64,000 nt of DNA from Trueperaceae bacterium (lineage in GTDB: Bacteria > Deinococcota > Deinococci > Deinococcales > Trueperaceae), in contig JBBDRK010000054.1 of NCBI GenBank assembly GCA_040905465.1, positions 31,708 through 95,707 on the forward strand. Direction: 5' to 3'. Below the pieces are notes generated by a model. It was given only the letters and a program-made list of their open reading frames with translations. It was not told where the DNA came from and did no database searches. The stretch's first letter is position 1, and every line of letters begins with the position of its first letter. Shown here in pieces: positions 58,348 through 64,000 of this stretch. The position numbers and the translations under genes are program-made.

Positions 58348-59490
58348 ATGAAGAAATTGTCAGCAACGATCATCGTGATCCTGCTGCTCGGGACGGTATC
58401 GGCCCAGCAGACGCCGCGGTTGAGCGACGTGCCCGGCGACCACTGGGCCGCCGATGCGGTGCAACGGATCGTCGATCTCGGCATCATCACCGGGTTTCCC
58501 GATGGAACGTTCCGCGGGAACGAAGCCTTTACCCGCTACCAGGCGGCCCTTGTGGTCGACCGGTTGCTCGACGTCCTGAGCGAGGACGAGGCGGCGGCGC
58601 TTGCCCTCAGTGAAGACGACCTCGTGGCGCTCCAGAACGCCGTCGACGAGTTGGACGCGCGGTTCGCGGATCTCGGCCGGAGGGTATCGACCCTCGAGCG
58701 CGAACGGGGGCAGGCCGGCGACCAGGCACCGGAGGTTGAGCGCCTGCGTGCGCAGGTGGAGGCGCTTACCGCCGAGCTGGAGGAGTTGCGGGCTCAGGTC
58801 GAGGATGGAACGCTGCAAGGGCCAGCGGGGCCCGCCGGACCTCCGGGTCCGGCCGGTCCCCAGGGTGAACGGGGTCCTGAAGGCCCCGCAGGACCTCCAG
58901 GACCCGCGGGTCCGGCGGGACCCGAAGGCCCCGCCGGTCCGCCCGGGCCGGCCGCGGAGGCGCCGCCGGCACCCGAGGAACCCGAACCCGAGGTCGACAT
59001 CGAGGAGCCGGTCGCCGAACCGGAGCCGATTCGACCGCCCGGCGTCGACACCGGCCGCTTCTACCTGGGCCTGGGCGCCTTGAGCGAGCTCAACGACCGG
59101 ATTCCGGCGCGGTTCATAGTGGGAATCGACCGGCTGATCGGACCGTTCGGCCTTCGTGGCACATTCGATTACGGCCGGCAGAGCCCGATCGATCTCGGCA
59201 CCTTTTCCACCGCCGGACACCTCACAATGCGGCTGGGCGCGGGACAACGGCTCGGCACCTACCTCGGCGCGGGCGCCGGATATCAGATCAACCTGATGTC
59301 GGCGCCGGAAGCCAATGACGGACTGTTCTTGAGCGGGCTGCTGGGGGTCGAATTCGCCCTCAACAGTGCGATGGGACTGTTCGTCGAGGGCATGGCCGAC
59401 TACTACCTCAACGCTCCGCCGACGGGCACCGTCTACCAGTACGATCAGTTCTATCCCACCGTGGGAATGGGCGTGAACTTCCGCTTCTGA
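58348..59490 (+). CDS. SLH + coiled coil + collagen-like (Gly-X-Y)15 + small C-terminal beta-barrel protein
   Basis: Signal peptide; SLH nearly identical to that of Slp[10 protein letters not shown]... tract 58820-58954; amphipathic strands ending VNFRF. Confidence 0.85.
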   Translation: MKKLSATIIVILLLGTVSAQQTPRLSDVPGDHWAADAVQRIVDLGIITGFPDGTFRGNEAFTRYQAALVVDRLLDVLSEDEAAALALSEDDLVALQNAVDELDARFADLGRRVSTLERERGQAGDQAPEVERLRAQVEALTAELEELRAQVEDGTLQGPAGPAGPPGPAGPQGERGPEGPAGPPGPAGPAGPEGPAGPPGPAAEAPPAPEEPEPEVDIEEPVAEPEPIRPPGVDTGRFYLGLGALSELNDRIPARFIVGIDRLIGPFGLRGTFDYGRQSPIDLGTFSTAGHLTMRLGAGQRLGTYLGAGAGYQINLMSAPEANDGLFLSGLLGVEFALNSAMGLFVEGMADYYLNAPPTGTVYQYDQFYPTVGMGVNFRF

Positions 59491-59664
59491 GGGCCGGCAT
59501 CATCCAACACGGGCGGCTCGCTGAGTTTGGGGCCGCCCGGACCTTTGGCGCTCGAGTCGCTCCCGCCATGACTTGCGTCGTCGAATACGCATGAAACAGC
59601 GAGCAGAGGAGATTTGTCTGCCCTGGACCGAAATGTACGGCCGGGGCGGTCGGTCGACAGATCC

Positions 59665-60147
59665 CTAGTCGGTGTTGAGGAGAACCGTCACGCGCGCCTG
59701 GATGAGGCCGGGCGCGGCTCCTTCGCTGGTCTTGAACGTCACCCCGACCCGGCCCGGCTCGAGTGCCAGCAGGCTGCCGATGCGCCGCTCGATCCCCTCG
59801 CGCTTCGGGCCCAGCTTCGGTTCGTCGAGGGTCACGACAGCCGCAACGTTGTGGACGGTCAATCGGCCTGCCACTCGCCTGACCCGAGCAAGCACCGTCC
59901 GCACGATCTCCTGGCCGGCGATGTCCCGGTGCTTGGGGTCGTCGGGCGGAAAGATCCGCCCGATGTCGCCGAGCGCGAACGCCGAAAGCAACGCGTCGGC
60001 GAGGGCGTGCAGGAGGACGTCTCCGTCCGAGTGGGCTTCGCTGCCCACCGGGCTGCCCTCGATTGCGACTCCTCCTACCAGCAGTGGCCTGCCGGCGACC
60101 AGACGGTGCGAGTCTTCGCCGTAGCCGATCCTCATGCTCTCCTTCAT
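59665..60147 (-). CDS. ispF: 2-C-methyl-D-erythritol 2,4-cyclodiphosphate synthase
   Basis: RIGYGEDSH, HSDGDV.LHA..DA and GDIG motifs. Confidence 0.94.
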   Translation of the reverse strand: MKESMRIGYGEDSHRLVAGRPLLVGGVAIEGSPVGSEAHSDGDVLLHALADALLSAFALGDIGRIFPPDDPKHRDIAGQEIVRTVLARVRRVAGRLTVHNVAAVVTLDEPKLGPKREGIERRIGSLLALEPGRVGVTFKTSEGAAPGLIQARVTVLLNTD

Positions 60148-60236
60148 CCCCTGATTCTACTCGCCCTCGCGCCCTGACCGCCCCGCGTTCGCCTCGGGCA
60201 GGCGTGGGGCGTCGTCCGCGTGAGAGAATGTCGTTC

Positions 60237-61097
60237 ATGTCCCGTGGCGTCGGTATTCTCGTACTCGTCCTGATCACGGTCATCTGGGGCACGACCTTCG
60301 CCATCATCAAGGACGCCCTCGACACCATCTCGGTTCCGCTCCTCCTGGCCCTGCGCTTCACGCTGGCCGCCCTGCTGCTCGGTTGGGTCAGGTTCGAACG
60401 GCGCTCGCTCGGACCGGCAATGGTCCTCGGCCTGCTGGGGTTCGCCGGGTTCACCACCCAGACGATCGGGCTGGACTTGACCAGCGCTTCGAAGGCCGCC
60501 TTCATCACCGGTCTCTCGGTTATCCTCACGCCGCTGTTGAGCGCGATCTGGCTGCGCGACCGGGTGGCGCCGCGCGCCTTTCTGGCGGCGGCTGTCGCCC
60601 TGGCGGGACTGGGCATGATGAGTCTGGGGGGCGCAGGAGCGATCGGGGCTGGTGACCTATGGCTGATGGGTACCGCCCTCGCCTACGCCTTCTACATCGT
60701 GTACCTGGGTCATGTCGCCCGCGACCTTCCGGTGCTGTCGCTGGCGGGCGCACAGCATTGGCCGATGGTGCTCCTTGCCTGGGTGTGGGCGCTGCCGCAC
60801 GTGGGCCAGCTGCCCGAAGTCCCGGCCGAGACTTTCGCGGCCATCGCCTACCTGGCGCTCTTCGCCACCGCGCTGGTGGCGGTGCTGCAGACGATGGCGC
60901 AAAGGGCGGTGCCGGCGCCCCTGGCGGCGCTCATCTTCCTGCTGGAGCCGGTTTTCGCTGCGACCTTCGCCTTCTTCCTGCTGGGTGAACGGCTGGGCGC
61001 GCTCGGCTGGCTGGGCGGCGCCCTGGTCATACTCGCGATGCTCATCAGCGAGATGCCGCTTCGCCTCAGGGGCCGGCGAGGCACCACTAGCGGCTGA
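60237..61097 (+). CDS. DMT/EamA family transporter
   Basis: IWGTTF, AFITGL and LEPVFA motifs; about 10 TMs. Confidence 0.9.
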   Translation: MSRGVGILVLVLITVIWGTTFAIIKDALDTISVPLLLALRFTLAALLLGWVRFERRSLGPAMVLGLLGFAGFTTQTIGLDLTSASKAAFITGLSVILTPLLSAIWLRDRVAPRAFLAAAVALAGLGMMSLGGAGAIGAGDLWLMGTALAYAFYIVYLGHVARDLPVLSLAGAQHWPMVLLAWVWALPHVGQLPEVPAETFAAIAYLALFATALVAVLQTMAQRAVPAPLAALIFLLEPVFAATFAFFLLGERLGALGWLGGALVILAMLISEMPLRLRGRRGTTSG

Positions 61098-61108
61098 TAT
61101 CGCATTGA

Positions 61109-61372
61109 CTTCTAGAGCACCGGCTGCGGCCAAAGCCAGTTGTTGCGAAAACTGCAACAATCAGCGCCTCTCACCCTGATAACGACCAGCGCGAGTGGGT
61201 TGAAGAGCCCTTCGGCACCTCGGCGGACAACATCGGCCTGCACATCAGGAACATCTGTTGTGACAACGAGTTGGAAGAATCGGCAACTACCGGGGATTAC
61301 TCGGTAGTTCGTCGGAGGCGGGAGGGAACTATCCGGAACTTCCGGATGGTTCGACACGAAGGCCGCATCTAA
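61109..61372 (+). pseudogene. In-frame mosaic of RhuM-family (COG3943-like) fragments, no proper start
   Basis: LLEHRLRPKPVVAKTATISAS...FGTSADNIGLHIRNICCDNELEESATTGDYSVVRRRREGTIRNFRMVRHEGRI*. Confidence 0.7.
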
Positions 61373-61418
61373 GTAGATCGCGGGATGCGCGGGCGCGGTC
61401 GGAATGGTCGGCTGCGTC

Positions 61419-61640
61419 TTAAGACAGGTTTACGGGAATATCCAACGGCCACCCCTCAAGCTGCTGGCCGCAAAAGGGTCACGTTCAGATCGAGCTTCTG
61501 CAGATCGGGAACGAGGAGCGACATCAGGACATTAGTGTCGTAGTACCTCAATAACGATCCTGCTCCCGTGCCCTCAGGATCGGATTATGGTCGAGGGTTA
61601 CCTTCAGTGCCTGCTGGTGCCTTTGCAGCGCGCGTCCGGC
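61419..61640 (-). pseudogene. Relic of a VapBC-type toxin-antitoxin pair
   Basis: ...NPILRAREQDRY* overlaps by TTGA with LRYYDTNVLMSLLVPD (PIN N-terminal motif); remainder deleted or frameshifted. Confidence 0.55.
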
Positions 61641-61784
61641 CGGGCCCACTGCAAGTGAATCGACCTAGATTTAGCACTTGCTGGCACATTTCCGGGCTTC
61701 CGGTCGGTCCGAGTTCGTCGCTGAGCGGCCGACTCAGCGGGTCCGACGACTCGTGATGCTGGTAGTCCCACGTTTTATGACTCT

Positions 61785-62006
61785 TCAATGTTGTATGGGC
61801 GTCAGATGGTAGACGCGCTTGGCGAGTTGAGAGGCGCGATTGACGTCGCCCGCCCGCAATGCGTCCCGTACATCGTCAAGCCTGTAGGCGTCCTCCTCCA
61901 ACGAGAGATACGGCGTCCAGCCGTCGCCAGCCTCAACGAGGTCGACATCCACCTCGGCGACATATTCACCTTCGCGCACGAGTCTTTTGGTCAACCTCGC
62001 ATTCAT
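61785..62006 (-). CDS. Small conserved protein, putative orphan antitoxin
   Basis: EGEYVAEVDV.L.....W.PYLS...AY.LDDVR.AL..GD pattern; AAGGAG SD. Confidence 0.7.
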   Translation of the reverse strand: MNARLTKRLVREGEYVAEVDVDLVEAGDGWTPYLSLEEDAYRLDDVRDALRAGDVNRASQLAKRVYHLTPIQH

Positions 62007-62039
62007 TTTCGTCTCCTTCGGCGGGAGCGGCGAAAGCCA

Positions 62040-63983
62040 TCAATGCGCCTTCATCAGCTGCTCGACCACCCCGCGGTCCTCGAGGGTCGAAGTGTCGCCG
62101 CTCTCCTGTTCGCCGGCCGCGATGCCGCGCAGCAGCCGCCGCATGATCTTGCCGCTGCGGGTCTTGGGCAAGGCGTCGGCGAAGCGGATCTCGTCGGGAC
62201 GGGCGATGGCGCCGATTTCCCGGGTCACGTGCTCGCGCAGCTCCGCAGCCAGCTCGTCCGAGCCGGAACGCTTGCCTTCGAGCGTCACGAACGCGACGAT
62301 TCCCTGGCCCTTGATCTCATGCGGCCGACCCACCACCGCGGCCTCCGCCACGGCTTCGTGCGAAACCAGCGCCGATTCGACCTCCATGGTGCCCAGACGG
62401 TGCCCTGAGACGTTCACCACGTCGTCCACCCGGCCCATGATCCAGAAGTAGCCGTCGGCGTCACGACGGGCGCCGTCGCCGGCGAAGTAGACGTGCGGCA
62501 CCTCGCTCCAGTACTGCGAACGGTAGCGCTCGTCGTCGCCGTAGACGGTGCGGAGCATGCTCGGCCAGGGACGCTTCATCACCAGATAGCCGCCCTCGTT
62601 GGCCGGCAGCTCGCGGCCCTCGCCGTCGACCACCGCCGGCTCGACCCCGAAGAACGGCACGCCGGCCGACCCCGGCTTGGCGTCGTGTACTCCGGGCAGG
62701 GTCGTGATCATGATCCCGCCTGTCTCGGTCTGCCACCAGGTGTCGACTACCGGACAGCGGTCACCGCCGATTACGCGCCGGTACCACATCCACGCCTCCG
62801 GATTGATCGGCTCGCCGACCGTTCCCAGCAGCCGCAGCGACGACATGTCGTGCTTGGCGGGGTGCTCGTCGCCCAGCTTGATGAATGCGCGAATCGCGGT
62901 CGGGGCGGTGTAGAACACCGACACCCGGTAACGCTCGACCAGCTCCCAGAACCGGTCCGGCGCGGGATGGGTGGGCGCTCCTTCGTACATCACCTGAGTC
63001 GCTCCGTTCGACATCGGGCCGTAGACGATGTAGGAGTGACCGGTCACCCAGCCGACGTCCGCGGTACACCAGAAGACGTCGTTGTCGTGGAGGTCGAAGA
63101 CGTACTTGCTGGTCAGGTAGACGCTCGTCTGGTAGCCGCCGGTCGTGTGGAGCACGCCCTTGGGCTTGCCGGTCGAGCCTGAGGTGTAGAGGATGTAGAG
63201 CGGGTGCTCGGCGTCCAGCGGCTCGGCGGGGCACTCCTCGGATGCGCCCTCCATCAGGTCGTGATACCAGTGATCGCGCCCGGACTCCATGGCTATCTCG
63301 TTCTGCGCGCGCCGCACCACAACCACTGTTTCGACGCTGGGGCAGCGCTCGAGCGCTTCGTCCACGGCGGGCTTGAGGGGCAGCACGGCGCCGCGCCGGA
63401 AACCTCCGTCGGCGGTGATGACGGCTTTTGCCTGGGCGTCGTCGATCCGATCGGCAAGCGCGGTCGAGCTGAAGCCGCCGAACACCACCGAGTGGGTGGC
63501 GCCGATGCGGGCGCAGGCCAGCATGGCGGCCGCCGCCTCGGGGATCATCGGCATGTAGATCGCGACCCGGTCCCCTTTGCCGATCCCTTTCGCCTTGAGA
63601 GCGTTTGCCAGCTTCGACACCTCGCGCAGCATCTGGGCGTAGGTGATGATGCGCTTGTCGCCGGGCTCGCCCTCCCAGAAGAACGCCACCTTGTTGCCCC
63701 GGCCCTGCGCTACCTGATGGTCGAGGCAGTTGTAAGAGAGGTTGGTGGTGCCGCCGGAGAACCACTTCACGAACGGCTCTTCCCACTCCTGAACGCGGTC
63801 CCAGCGCCGGAACCAGTGGAGTTCGCTGGCGGCGTCGCCCCAGAATCCATCGGGATCTTCAAGCGACCTTCGGTATAGCCGCTGGTACTCCTCGGCGCTG
63901 TTCAGTCCGGCTCGTTCTCGAAAGCTTTCGGGCGGCGGGAAGCGTCGCTCCTCTTGCAGTACGGATTCGATGTGCTCCGGCAC
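62040..63983 (-). CDS. acs: Acetyl-CoA synthetase
   Basis: [20 protein letters not shown] and [11 protein letters not shown] motifs. Confidence 0.96.
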   Translation of the reverse strand: MPEHIESVLQEERRFPPPESFRERAGLNSAEEYQRLYRRSLEDPDGFWGDAASELHWFRRWDRVQEWEEPFVKWFSGGTTNLSYNCLDHQVAQGRGNKVAFFWEGEPGDKRIITYAQMLREVSKLANALKAKGIGKGDRVAIYMPMIPEAAAAMLACARIGATHSVVFGGFSSTALADRIDDAQAKAVITADGGFRRGAVLPLKPAVDEALERCPSVETVVVVRRAQNEIAMESGRDHWYHDLMEGASEECPAEPLDAEHPLYILYTSGSTGKPKGVLHTTGGYQTSVYLTSKYVFDLHDNDVFWCTADVGWVTGHSYIVYGPMSNGATQVMYEGAPTHPAPDRFWELVERYRVSVFYTAPTAIRAFIKLGDEHPAKHDMSSLRLLGTVGEPINPEAWMWYRRVIGGDRCPVVDTWWQTETGGIMITTLPGVHDAKPGSAGVPFFGVEPAVVDGEGRELPANEGGYLVMKRPWPSMLRTVYGDDERYRSQYWSEVPHVYFAGDGARRDADGYFWIMGRVDDVVNVSGHRLGTMEVESALVSHEAVAEAAVVGRPHEIKGQGIVAFVTLEGKRSGSDELAAELREHVTREIGAIARPDEIRFADALPKTRSGKIMRRLLRGIAAGEQESGDTSTLEDRGVVEQLMKAH

Positions 63984-64000
63984 GATTCCTCCTCAGAGCT

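Noticed and set aside
61585-61788. 67-aa minus-strand ORF overlapping the putative antitoxin stop
   Set aside because: No recognisable motif or toxin-like features; overlaps relic fragments in another frame
61100-61790. Hairpin-dense region as a large structured ncRNA or intron
   Set aside because: No group I or II intron signatures found; most hairpins map to RhuM-type palindromes and TA gene relics

Overview
High-GC chromosomal segment from a Deinococcota bacterium, most plausibly Truepera-like. The assignment rests on a Thermus-type Nqo15, an SLH/coiled-coil/beta-barrel SlpA, the rplU-rpmA-obgE-yqeK-LCP-rsfS gene order and pervasive leaderless promoters. Most of the window is housekeeping: rplU, rpmA, obgE, rsfS, trpF, a carboxyltransferase, rodA, rlmH, thyX, slpA, hpf, minDE, pcrA/uvrD, menC, cysK, suhB, ndh, sdaAA/AB, hup, plsC, uvrA, sufCBD, ispF and acs. 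Accessory or unusual elements: (1) a complete IS200/IS605 element (35922-37633) with IS608-type end signals and a 1-nt frameshift near the tnpB 3' end, inserted between a -10 box and the RBS of menC; (2) a DUF3494 ice-binding lipoprotein; (3) an SLH-coiled-coil-collagen-beta-barrel envelope protein; (4) a DnaA-box cluster with no dnaA in the window; (5) a split MnmC-like gene pair; (6) two genes apparently starting at CTG, one missing from the ORF track; (7) several 14-15 bp degenerate tandem arrays; (8) a decayed island (61.1-62.0 kb) in which three different 25-nt RhuM-type palindromes are concatenated in one reading frame beside toxin-antitoxin relics. No rRNA, tRNA or CRISPR array was recognised. 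All family assignments come from motif recognition by eye, not database searches.
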